Below are positions 1 to 10,800 of a DNA stretch of 64,000 nt, one piece after another; the stretch's first letter is position 1; each line of letters starts with the position of its first letter. The notes under the pieces are model-generated. The model did not search any database, was not told the DNA's origin, and worked only from the letters and a program-made list of their open reading frames with translations. The DNA is from Azolla caroliniana (lineage: Eukaryota; Plantae; Polypodiophyta), in contig JBHGNT010000013.1 in the NCBI GenBank assembly GCA_043228905.1, positions 9,238,001 to 9,302,000 of the forward strand, written 5' to 3'. Made by a program: the position numbers and the translations under genes.

Positions 1-1
1 G

Positions 2-279
2 TTTAAGGTCAACCCTTCTATCTAGATTCTATCTAGGTAACTACTAAGTTACGTGGTTGACTAACTCACTAAATCTAGTTGAGCTTGATATCTCAACATT
101 TGCAATGTATCCTTTGTAAACCCTACTTTAAAAGGGATTTCTTGTTCAATCTTTATTATAGTTCTTCACATTAGTTTATTCTTGTTGAGAGATCAAGCTC
201 AACTTAGTTTATTTAGTTAGTCAACCATGTAACTTCGTAGTTACCTAGATAGAATCTAGTTAGAAGTGTTGACTATAAA
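2..279. repeat. Inverted repeat (~97-bp arms, ~85-bp spacer) formed by two back-to-back LTR 5' ends
   Basis: 2-98 is the reverse complement of 183-279 with a few mismatches. Each arm starts TGTTGAGA(G/T)ATCAAGCTCAAC, like the Copia LTR start at 35211-35230 (minus). Confidence 0.75.
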
Positions 280-648
280 GCCTTAAATAGGATCTTGTAC
301 TTAAGTGGGATATTCTAGATCCTCCACTCCCAAGTACATTTGTTTAGAATTAGGTGATTAAGCAAGGGTTAATTAGTACCTAATTATGTGATTAAGTTAA
401 GCACGGAAGATTATGTGATATGTGTGTGTATGTGTGTGAGAGGAAGAGAGAGAGGAAGATACACTTATGAACAATGACTAGATGGGAAATGAGTAACTAT
501 ATTAAATTAGCATTATCATCATCAAATACAAAAATACCTACAATGAGGTATATATAGATCTCATGTGCAAGGGTGCACATGTGTGAGGATAATATAGGTA
601 CAAAAGTGTAAGTCCTATATTAAATGTACTTGGGAGTAGACGATCTAG

Positions 649-1610
649 TGTTGGGAATACCGTAATCTAATGTGGAACAAGATCAACATACTTCTAGGAT
701 AAGATCGTAAATGAATGCACGGTCATAGCTTTGATGGCAGCAAAGACAGAAAAGAAAACAACTAGTACGCAAGAGAGAGAGACAATTAGGCACAATGTCA
801 AGAGTCTATTATAACTTAAAAACGACCCACTAACTAGGTTATAAAGTCAGTTTATATATTGACTGATTTAGGGCAACTACCCTTCTCACGTTTTACATAA
901 ATAGCCTAAGCTTAGTGTGTACAAGAAAAATGGATAATGTGAATACATCCATTAGAAACCCTTATTCAACACTCCCCTGTAATGGGCATATACATTTGAA
1001 ATCTGTAGACCAAAATGAATGTACAATACAGATTGATACAAGGTTTACGAACAATCGAGAATTCGTTCGAGTTGGTGAACTCCGAAGAGCAGAAGGCCGG
1101 ATTGGCCGAGTTCGGAGAGACTGAAGCCGAAGTTCGAACTATCCAGGTTTATTGTCCGAGAAACGTCCTGAGTGTCCGATTTAATTGGACTGATTCTTCA
1201 TGACGCCCATTTGATGCCGAAGGGATCGAAATCAATCCGCTGGGAGACACTTGGTCATTGCATTTGCAACGTTGTCGATTGTAGGTATCTTCTCAAGGCT
1301 GATTTTCCCTGAAACGACACAGTCCCGAACGAAATGATATCGAACATTGATATGCTTGGAGGCGTTGTGATGAACTAGATTTTTCAATAGAACAAAAGCA
1401 CCGACTGTCACTGTAAACCATTGGAGCTAAGCCGGTTTCGGCTTGTCGAAATGTGCAGGCTAGCCGACCGAGCCATAAGGCCTCTTTTGCTGCATCGGAC
1501 GCGGCTATGTATTCGGCCTCGGTCGTTGATGTGGTGTTGCACTCTTGAAGTTTTGATTTCCAGCAAGCGACACACAAATGTCTTTGATCCGGGCCGTGTT
1601 GTTAGCCCTT
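649..1610 (-). mobile_element. Ty1/Copia 3' remnant: RNase H, PPT and 3' LTR (649-971)
   Basis: ORF 1293-1577 has WKSKLQEC..STTEAEYIAASDAAKEALWL (Copia RNase H). The minus-strand PPT AGGGGAG at 972-978 abuts TGTTG. Confidence 0.8.
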
Positions 1611-2507
1611 GACTTGTCCTTTTGTTAGACACTACTCAACTCCTGTTAAAGTTGCAGCTTTTGGACCGCGGTGCTTGCAGCGAAGACCTTTTTCAAGTTT
1701 CCCCTAGCTTCCTTTGGCGTCTTGGCATCCCAGATATGGTTGAGTAGCTGATCACCGACATGCAATACATTACCCTATTTGCAGCTTGTTCCCAAGCCGA
1801 GAAGTCCTTGTGTGCCGCATCAAGTTCCGTATCGTTAGCTCCGTCGACTAACTCCAGTAGCCATGCCCGAGCAGGTACATGTGCAACTTGTATGATCAAG
1901 ATGCATAGTTGGATCTGTTGAGCCTCTCCATCGGGAGCGAGCTATTTGTTCCTCGATCCATTCTCTCCTTCTTGTTCTTTACCGGGTGTTAGGTTTTGTC
2001 TGTGAGCCTCACTCATCGGCAGTAGAGGATTCTCAACCTTGGTGTTTTGATACCATGAAAAAGCTATTGTGGCGAAAGCGTTGACAAAACCAGCTAGTCC
2101 AGATAACAACAGAACATAGAATGGAGGTTTAATGGAAAGCTTGAGTACACGGGAGAGACAGAGAGAGAGCATAACATAACTCAATTCAAAATAATAATAC
2201 TATGTACATACAAATGTTCTATAGAACACTTTTTATACAAGTCCTTAAAAGTACTGAAAAGTACTTGAATGCTCATACGAGCAATTGACAGTAACTCCAA
2301 GGAATATGCCTACGAACTAGGCTAGGATTGTAGGCTCCAACGGCCTATCGGTTCTCACTATTCTGGAGTACGATTTGGTTCTCCGCTCCGGCTCTAGGTT
2401 CTGGATACCAATCTATCCAGATACCGATCCGGTTCTCCGCTCCAGATATTGATCTGGCTCTGGCTTATTCAGTCGATCCAAATTCGGTTGAGCTTGCCAG
2501 CTCAACA
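1611..2507 (-). mobile_element. Ty1/Copia 5' remnant: LTR (2056-2507), Met-type PBS and degenerate gag
   Basis: The LTR starts TGTTGAGCTGGCAAGCTCAACC. PBS TGGTATCAAAAC is at 2044-2055. The gag peptide VDGANDTELDAAHKDFSAWEQAANRV is homologous to ORF 25144-25464. Confidence 0.8.
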
Positions 2508-2962
2508 TAGATCCTTCATCAAACATTTCATATTCTGGCATCTTCTGTTTTCCCTTTTTATCATCATATTTTTTATGTCTTGCATTTTTTCCATTCCAAG
2601 CATTTGATTTAGACTTACTACTAGAGTTATCAAATGGTTCAGTAGATGGTATCAATGTTGGACATTGTTGTTGAACCTTATTTCAATTTCCACAATAATC
2701 ACTTTCATTTTCAAATTTGTTTCTATCTTCATTTTCATTGTCTTCATCAGAGTCTGCATTCTGTTTTGGGCTGTACCAACTGCCCAACTGATTAAATATC
2801 ACATCATGGATTACTACAATCTTTTTTGTGAAAGGATTATAACATATATACCCTTTTTGTTCCTCTGAATATCCCACAAAAACACATTTTCTAGCTTTTG
2901 GATCAAGCTTACTTCTTACTTCAGCAGGTACATGAACATAAGAAAGGCATCCAAACACTTTT
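2508..2962 (-). mobile_element. Copia integrase C-terminal (SH3-like) fragment
   Basis: FGCLSYVHVPAEVRSKLDPKARKCVFVGYSEEQKGY motif in ORF 2683-2958. Confidence 0.8.
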
Positions 2963-3398
2963 TGTTACCCGGCCGGTAAGAAGGCTTAAGGATGTTCAGA
3001 CTAGAGTGTGAAAGGAATAGTTTATTTGGGAACTGTTGTAATTATTTTATTAATATGGACGGACGGACCAGAATTGGTATGCCAATCCGGATCCAGACCG
3101 ATTCCGAATAGGTGCTGGTTGGCACCGTTTTGTACTTCGCACCGGAGACCTATATAAAGGCCCGGTTACAATGTAATTGACATCGGATAATTAATAGAAC
3201 TTATTGTTGTAACCTTTCAGTATTGATTACCGTTCTGTACTCATTGTGATATCTTACGCGTGTAATGACGTATTGCTAAGTAACCAATTAAGGTCTAATT
3301 AAGCGTTGTGTCGTAAGTCATCTTGCCGTAACACCCTTTGGTGAAGTGTCTTAAGTGGACACCCTGTGTTAGCCTGTTGTCCGGCCCTAGGATTAACA
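2963..3398 (+). repeat. 5' LTR of element B
   Basis: TGTTA...TAACA termini and a TATA-like CCTATATAAAGG near 3150. Shares blocks such as AACACCCTTTGGTGAAGTGTCT with 23001-23448. Confidence 0.8.
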
Positions 3399-3405
3399 CA
3401 GTTTT

Positions 3406-3415
3406 TGGCGACCAC
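3406..3415 (+). promoter_or_regulatory. PBS of element B (tRNA-Arg type)
   Basis: TGGCGACCAC, 7 nt after the LTR, is complementary to the 3' end (..GTGGTCGCCA) of plant tRNA-Arg(UCG) as recalled. Confidence 0.65.
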
Positions 3416-4408
3416 GATTCCTGCACAATCGCAGTGAACAACGGCGGGAATGGATGACTAGGCCAACAGACGACTCGGTTACGGAGAGAGCACGAAGACT
3501 TGCTAAACGACGAAGGCGGCGAGAGGCTTTCAAGCAAGCGGCAGAAGAAATCCGATCGGATCGATCATTTTCCAAAGTGATCCGGAAAGTGGCGGAGGAG
3601 TCACTCCGTCTGCAACAAAACGCTTACCCGGACGAAGGAAGCAGCTTAAGCAGCCTCCGGGAAGCGGAATCCCTTCTCCAGGCCTTGGCCGGAAGAGTCG
3701 GCGAATTCGAAGCATTTTCGGTGCTGGAATCGGATTCGGAAGGGGGTTACAGCGCGCACACGAACTATTGCAGCAGTAACGACACCCCAGGAGGACCGGA
3801 GGACGAGGAGTCGGATACATTATCGACACCGGAACCAGAATTGTCAGACCGGGAACCTCCGGCACTAGACGTGGAGCAACCTTCGGAGACAGAAGAAGAC
3901 AAAGAAAGACCTCCGACACCGGAAGTCGATCCAGCAACACCAAAGGAAGACCGGCAAAGACCTCCGACGCCGACGGAACAGTAGGAAAGACCACCGACAT
4001 CGCCAGCCCGTGTACCAACACCAGACGACGACATGCCGTTCCAGTACTCCAAGTATAGGGATGACCTGGACGCAGAGGCTCATGTTCACACGTTTCAATA
4101 AATATGGGAGGCAAACCATGTGTCACAACGGTTAACCGCGGCCGAAGAGGAACGATCTAAGATAGCCGAATTCGGCGTGACATTGGAAGGACCGACCGTA
4201 GGACCCCAACACCATCACCACCTTTGCGAACTTGAAAGATAAATTCTTGCACTTCTTTCAGAAGGAGGTGGACTAGAGAGAAATGGTGGGCCTATTTTAT
4301 ACCATCCGGCAGGACCCTGGGGAGAGCATTCTGCAGTTTGTCATCCGGTTTCAACGGATGCACAGTCAGCTTACCCGAACACCTCCGGAGGAAGAAACAC
4401 GGGCTATA

Positions 4409-5392
4409 TGCCAAGAATACACGTTCCCGATGAACAACGCTCGGCCACAACCAAGCTTAGAATCAAACACAGAAAACGGGAATGAATGCACGACACAATG
4501 GAGAGGAGTACACAGGATGTTTACGTGGAAAACCCAAAACATGGGGAAAAACCACGGCAGTCCACTGACTGCTAACTATCACTATGTAACAATATACATA
4601 TAGATGAACACAGAGGCAACGACCTCTTGTTCACTATCTTCGCTACAGGTGGCGATTACAACAGAGATACAAACTCTTCGTCTCTTTCTCTCTCTCCCTC
4701 TCTCTCTGTACACTGTTGCACTCTAATCTAGCACCAACAAGAATGACAACAACATCATAATTCCCTGTTTGCCCTAAGTCATATTTATACTAATATGACT
4801 TTTCGGCTATTTACAAATATAGCCATGATGGACTCTCAGAAACATATTTACGAATATGTCCCTTCATCCGGTGAGCACTTCTGACCGGGCCTTCACCATC
4901 CGGCTCTTGCCGGGTACTCCTCATCCGGTTCTCACTGGGTCTTCCGAAGCCGGGTACTCGTCATCCGGTTCTCACCGGGTCTTCCGTAGCCGGGTACTCG
5001 TCATCCGGCTCTCACCGGGTCTTCACCATCCGGCTCTTGCCGGGTACTCGTCATCCGGTTCTCACTGGGTCTTCCGTAGCCGGGTACTCGTCATCCGGCT
5101 CTCACCGGGTCTTCACCATCCGGCTCTTGCCGGGTACTTGTCATCCGGTTCTCACCGGGTCTTCCGTAGTCGGGTACCCGTCATCCGGCTCTCACCGGGT
5201 CTTCACCATCCGGCTCTTGCCGGGTACTCGTCATCCGGTTCTCACCGGGTCTTCCGTAGCTGGGTACTCGTCATCCGACTCTCACCGGGTCTTCCGTTGC
5301 CGGGTACTCCACATCCGGTTTCGGCCTCGGCCGAGTTTGCTCATCAGCATTGTTCTTCTCACTTCCCATCTGGAGGGACCTGTCTCCCAACA
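4409..5392 (-). mobile_element. Solo LTR of a Copia family related to element C
   Basis: TG...CA termini and TSD CTATA (4404-4408 / 5393-5397). The reverse complement shares GTCCCTCCAGATGGGA, GAGTACCCGGC..GAAGACCCGGTGAGA and the U5 region with the LTR at 40788. Confidence 0.9.
4862..5320. repeat. GC-rich minisatellite within the solo LTR: alternating 40- and 50-bp subunits (90-bp higher-order period)
   Basis: CGGGTACTCGTCATCCGG(T/C)TCTCACCGGGTCTT core repeated about 10 times. It generates spurious repetitive ORFs. Confidence 0.9.
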
Positions 5393-6217
5393 CTATATTC
5401 TTAGCCACGCTCCAGGAACCTCTACGAACGGTATGCACGATCATCGACTTTCGCACATCGTCAACCAGGTCATCGACCGGGTTAGAGAAATGGAGAAAAC
5501 GAGCTCTTGGCTAACAATGGGAGCCCTCCAACGAGCGTTACCAACCGATGAGGATCTCCGGTTCCGGCAAGCAATCCAATGCACGACGTGCTTGAATTCC
5601 GGACTCTTGGCACTAGAGTGCACCATGCGGATGCACTGCTTACTCTGCCAATCTATGAGCCACACGATGGACCGGTGCGAATATAACTTATTGAATCGGC
5701 AAGCACCACCAGTCCGGCAAATCAAGCCACGTAGCAGCTGAGACGAAGATGATGAACGTTGGCGGCGAGAGGAGCGATATCGACCGGCACAGGATGTCTG
5801 GTACGGCGATCGATGAGACAACTATGACCGGTACGAGAGATATGACAGGTACCGAGATTACAATGGACAGTACGAGCATTACAACCGGGATCAATCCCTC
5901 GTGTATCACCAACGACAGGAAGATTACGAGAGATATGACGACCAACCCCATCAAGGGTACCGCAACAAAAAGAACTTTAATAAAAAACGGCATTTCAAAA
6001 AAGGGAGCCACCCACGTGAACCGGAACAAGGTGCCTCAAGCAGCCAACCGGACCAAAGCCCCGCGGTTACCACAGGTCCTCCACTGGGTACAGGAAACAA
6101 TGCCGAATCCAGCAATACCCGGAAAGCATATTACTATTATTGCTAGCAAGAAGGACATTATAGTAATCAATGTCCGGCAAAGAGCTATGACAAGCGACCG
6201 ACAGTAAACATGGTAGT

Positions 6218-6674
6218 TGTTAATCGGCTAATTACTAACTACTACCGATACAGAAGAGTGAACGTCGCTACTCAACGTTCTAACAAGGAATTGTGTTTTA
6301 CGAACGGATTTATACTATATTAATCGGTAATTACCGTGATCGTTACTTAGTTATAAATTAGGAAGCTTACACTTAAGATCATAGACAATAGAAGGAACAC
6401 AGAATCCGTACAAGATATTCCTAACTTAAACTTATATTACTAAATAAAACGACCTTTCTTACAATGCCTTCGGTTCCCTTTTATAGGTATACCGAAGGTC
6501 TTTTCTCATCAAGAACTATTCCTACTTACTATCAAGATTTACAAAATTATCTAACTAACCTAGTTCTCTTCGTTTACTGCTGAGTCATTGATCCGAACAG
6601 TCGATCCGAACCGACTCTGTTTTCGACGCTTTCCCACTTGTTCGGTAAAACTGACTGTCCGGGTCCGGGTAACA
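6218..6674 (-). repeat. 3' LTR of element A (457 bp)
   Basis: TGTTA...TAACA. Matches 15136-15915 apart from one visible substitution and a duplication in the latter. Confidence 0.95.
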
Positions 6675-6676
6675 CT

Positions 6677-6716
6677 TGGCACGTCCGTGGGCTAGGACCT
6701 TGTCCAGCGAACCCAC
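6677..6716 (-). other. tRNA-like 3'-half motif occupying the PPT position of element A
   Basis: Sense sequence GTGGG TTCG CT GGAC AAG GTCC TAG CCCAC GGACGTG CCA, then AG and the LTR. No purine tract. Confidence 0.7.
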
Positions 6717-6718
6717 GC

Positions 6719-9379
6719 CTATTCCTGTAGCTCTTCATCCGAATCGTTCAGAATATCAAAAATCGAAGGCTCATCTGGCCTTGGATGTATTCCACCTATA
6801 TCTTCCTCTTCATCTTCATCTGTGTCACAGTCGTCCTTCGGAGCAGGTTGTGATTCGGTTGGCTGCTCTGGTTCGCTTCTTCCGGAAGCTTGAATACCAG
6901 GAGTCTTGCTGGTTCTTTCGGCTTCGATTTTATCCAACTGGACGGAAGTGCCTATATCATTTTTGTCGAATTCTTGCATAATACGTTGAATTTCTTCTCT
7001 GTAAAATGCCGCAATTTCGTCCATATCTTTCATGATATCCTCTTGGATATTGTCAATATCCTTTTGTGCCATTTTAAAAAAACCTGCACCTTGGACCTGA
7101 CGGTTATTTTTGTCGGCACGCAATAACTGTAATTCCGCCGCTTGTGCTGTCCATAACTTCCATCCTTGCGCAAGGGATTCATCGATCATTTTCTTTGCTA
7201 GGTTTCGATGTTTCCCTATGATGTGCTGCACTTTGTCCCTAGTGATGCTTGCGACGTATTGTGCGGTCTGCAACTCTTTTTGTAAATCCGTAATAGTGGT
7301 TCGGTTCTCACTTTCAGCTCGCATTAGTTTGGATTCGGCTACATATATATCCAGCCGTCTTTGTTCCGATATCTTCCGAATTTCGTCCAGTTGTTGTTCT
7401 AATGCCGATTTCTCTTTACTCCATTCCTCCTGCTGTTCCGTCATTCTTCTGTTGACTTCTTCAAGACTCCGCTCTTTTTCTGTCAATTGACTTTCCTATG
7501 ACACTATATACCTTTCGAATTCTTCAATTTGTTCGGTATATGTATGATTGGCCGTCTTAGCTTCTTCTAGATTTTTCTGTAATTCGTTTATTACTTGATT
7601 TTTTTCTTCGAGAACTTTGTATTGACCATTCTGAATGGTTTCTATTTGTTTCTCTAATTCTGTAGTTCGAAATACAGCATTGTTGGCCCTTGTTGTTTCT
7701 GCTTGACGTGCTTTTTCAGTGTCCTCCAATTTCTGCTGCCATTCTGACTCCGACACCATAAGCCGTGCCTGTGTTTCCCATTTGTTTAGACTTTCCTTTA
7801 GTTCTTTATTTTCTGCCTGTATGTTACAAAACTGATGTTTCAGCACCTCCGCCGATGCTGATACACTTTTGTATCTTTCAGCCATATCACTGGCTTCTTT
7901 GCGTACCGTTTCATATTCTTTATGAATTTCGACCAGTGCTCCATGTAATGGTGGCATTTCAATAGCCTCCCCTTTATTCTGTGCACTTCTTTTCCGGCCT
8001 ATTTTTTCTATCTCTGCTTTTTCTTGAGGTTCCAACACTCCTCGTAAGGCTTTCTGTATCATTATTCGGTCATTATGTTCTTGAGCCAGCCGTTCTGATA
8101 CTTCTGTCAGTCTTTTAGCCAACCATTCAAGTAGTTCGTATGAAGTTCCGAACTGTAAAATGGCAGCTAATTCATGTGCTGCTGGTGGGATATCCAAGTA
8201 CCCATGTGCTTCCCGAATTGCTACTTTTGAAGATTGTCCTTGGTGAGGTTGTGTCGAAACGCTCTCATTCCCTGGTTTTAGTACTTCTGTTACCACAGGC
8301 GTATTCGAATTTTCATTTGTGCGTTGTCTTTTCGGTGCTGATCCCTCACTGTTTTCTGGTTGGAATTGCCGATTAGCCTTTTGTTTAATCCTTGTTCTTT
8401 GTCGCATCTTCTCTGCTTGTTGTCGATTTTCTGTCGGCTGTTGCTTGTTTATCAAATTGTCAACTGTTTCTTGTTCTGCTGCTCGTTGCCTGTTTTCGGA
8501 ATTCTCTGGTCTTGGTGGTTCCGACTGAGGCATATTTGTTTGTATATTATCGGCATGTGCCGATTCTTCTTCTATCCATTCTTCATGTACTACCTGTCGG
8601 TGTCTTCGTGGTGCTTGTACTATCGGTGGTCTTCTTGACTGAACAGGAGTTTCCGATTCTTGAATCGGAAACAATACCGATAACCAACGACCAAAAATTT
8701 GCTTCATCGGTTTTCCTGTTTTTACCCCTTGTAGCTGCTCTCTCAGAGCTTCCCCCGACAATAGTGGCCAGTTGAAATCCTCTTTTTCGTATGCGGCTAT
8801 GATAAACCCAGCCCTTTTTTTCGGCATACAATAAAAACGAGGACTGACAAATCCCACCTCTAATAAAAATCTAGCCACTTCATGAAAAAACTCATCCCGA
8901 CCTCCATAAGTCTGATATGCTTTTGCCGAGGGTGAGTATTCCCCGAAATACGATTGGAGTGCTTCTGATGAAGGTTTTTTAACTGCCTCAAAGCCTCCTC
9001 TTGGCATCTGTAATGCATTTCGTATTTTCTTTGTGGTGATTTTGGTGATGTCTATTTGTTGTATCAATTCTTCTGCCTGCGGATGAGGTTCCGCTTCTGC
9101 TACTTTGATGAAACCTTGTAAGTTTCTCTCATGAAGCCACAATCGCAGTTCTTCAGATACAGGAATCGGCATGACTTCTGTGTTTCCTTGTTCAGAATCA
9201 CTTGTCGATGACAGTTGCAGATCTGCAAAGTTTCTGTAGCGATGAAAATAAGAAAAACAGAGTTTGGGCGAACTAGGGCACGAAGGAGGCTCAGACTGTT
9301 TCGATATCTGCACTCGTTTCTGTTGTTTTGGCGACACAGACGATACAGAAATATGCTTTAAAGATATTAACTTATGCAT
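6719..9379 (-). CDS. Extra 3' ORF of element A (~886 codons, one in-frame TAG at 7496-7498): globular N-domain, disordered linker, coiled coil, conserved C-domain
   Basis: ORFs 7496-9379 and 6719-7486 are in the same frame. A degraded homologue lies in element B at 19819-22947. Confidence 0.8.
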
Positions 9380-9584
9380 GATGACTTAAAGAATAGTAAT
9401 TGCTATTAATGTAGGAATTAATTAGTATTCACTCTACGTGTAGTGGTTGTACTCCTTACTAATAATCATGCAATTCCTCTTTCTATTTATAGTCGATTCA
9501 TATTGTTATGGCAAGATTGTATTTCTGCATTTGACAAGAACTATTGAGTGAGTTAGTTAGTTTTTTTTTTTTTTTTTTTTCTTT

Positions 9585-10800
9585 TTACTCTTCCGTTTGA
9601 ATAAACGGATTTACCGGCATATCTCCCAAATACGGTTTAAGCCGAAATCCATTGACCCATTTCGGTAAAACCTCTCCGGTTAATGATCCCAGTTGGTACG
9701 TACCATTTTTACTATTAATTATCCATACTGGACCTGTCCATCTATACCGGAGTTTCCCAGGCATAAGTCCCATTCTTGTCTGGAATACCAATACCGGTTT
9801 CCCAATTTCGAATTGCTCTTCCGATTTCCTTCGATGTCGATTTACGAATGCCTTGATTTGTCTCTGCTTATGTTCTAGTGCTGACATTGATTGAATCCGT
9901 TCTTCTTCTAATACTAATAAAGCCTCTTTGCGTATCTGCTCCGATTCTATTTCATTTAACTTATTCGTTGCTTGGATACGAAGTGTCGGAATTTGAAATT
10001 CGATCGGCATAACGGCTTCGAGTCCGAATGCCATTCGGAAAGGTGTTGATTTTATGGATGTTTTGTACGAAGTACGATATGCCCATAATGCACTATTTAA
10101 CTTTTGATCCCAATCAGTACGATTTTCATTCACTATTTTCTTTAAAATTGTTTGAATTGTTTTATTTGTCGATTCTGCCAATCCATTAGCTTGGGGATAG
10201 TAAGGCGTACTTTTCTTATGAACTACGGCATAGTAATTGGTTAATTCGTTAATTAACTTGTTGATAAAATGAGTGCCTTGATCGCTTACCAATTCTATTG
10301 GGCAACCGAATCGACACCATATATTCTCATACAGGAATTTTGCTGTGGATGCTGCTGTATTGTCCCTGAGAGCTTTTGCTTCAACCCATTTTGTGCAATA
10401 GTCAGTCGCAACTATGATATATCGATTACCGGTTCTTGCATCTGCTGGTTTGAATGGGCCAACAAAATCTAAGCCCCATTTCTGAAATGGCTCAAGAGGT
10501 AAAACCGGTTGAAAAGGCATTCGATCCTTTTCGGTTGGTTGCCCCATTCTTTGACACAAATCACATTTCTTACAGTATTCGTTAGCATCTTTCATCACCG
10601 TTGGCCACCATAACCCGCTATTCCATATTTTTCTGGCCGTTGCTTCTCCTGCGTAATGACCGCCAGCAATTCCACAATGTGACTTTGTTCATATGGCTGA
10701 TTTTTCAAATTTTCGTACTGCCCTTCGCCATATTCCATCCGCTCCTTTATGATACAACATGTCATTAAATAAACAAAAATTGCGACTTCGTACTGCAATT
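9585..10800 (-). CDS. Integrase of element A (separated from the polyprotein by a frameshift near 10800 and a stop near 10692)
   Basis: HCGIAGGHY and CDLCQR zinc-binding motifs, WGLDFVGP, LVSDQGTHF, PQANGLAE, GKLRYRWTGP. Confidence 0.9.

Larger units (their letters stand above)
3454..6217 (+). pseudogene. gag of element B (interrupted by solo LTR 4409-5392; stops and frameshifts)
   Basis: Fragments DAEAHV.TF..IWEANH, FYTIRQDPGESILQFVIRFQ and LRFRQAIQCTTCLNSG align with the gag of element A. Confidence 0.85.

Noticed and set aside
4856-5404. 182-aa and 234-aa repetitive ORFs
   Set aside because: They are translations of the LTR minisatellite. Only the part after 5393 is real gag.
6675-6716. 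Element A being plus-oriented with this motif as its ordinary PBS
   Set aside because: All ORFs and the LTR TATA box are on the minus strand, a minus-strand PBS exists at 15112-15124, and there is no PPT before the right LTR.
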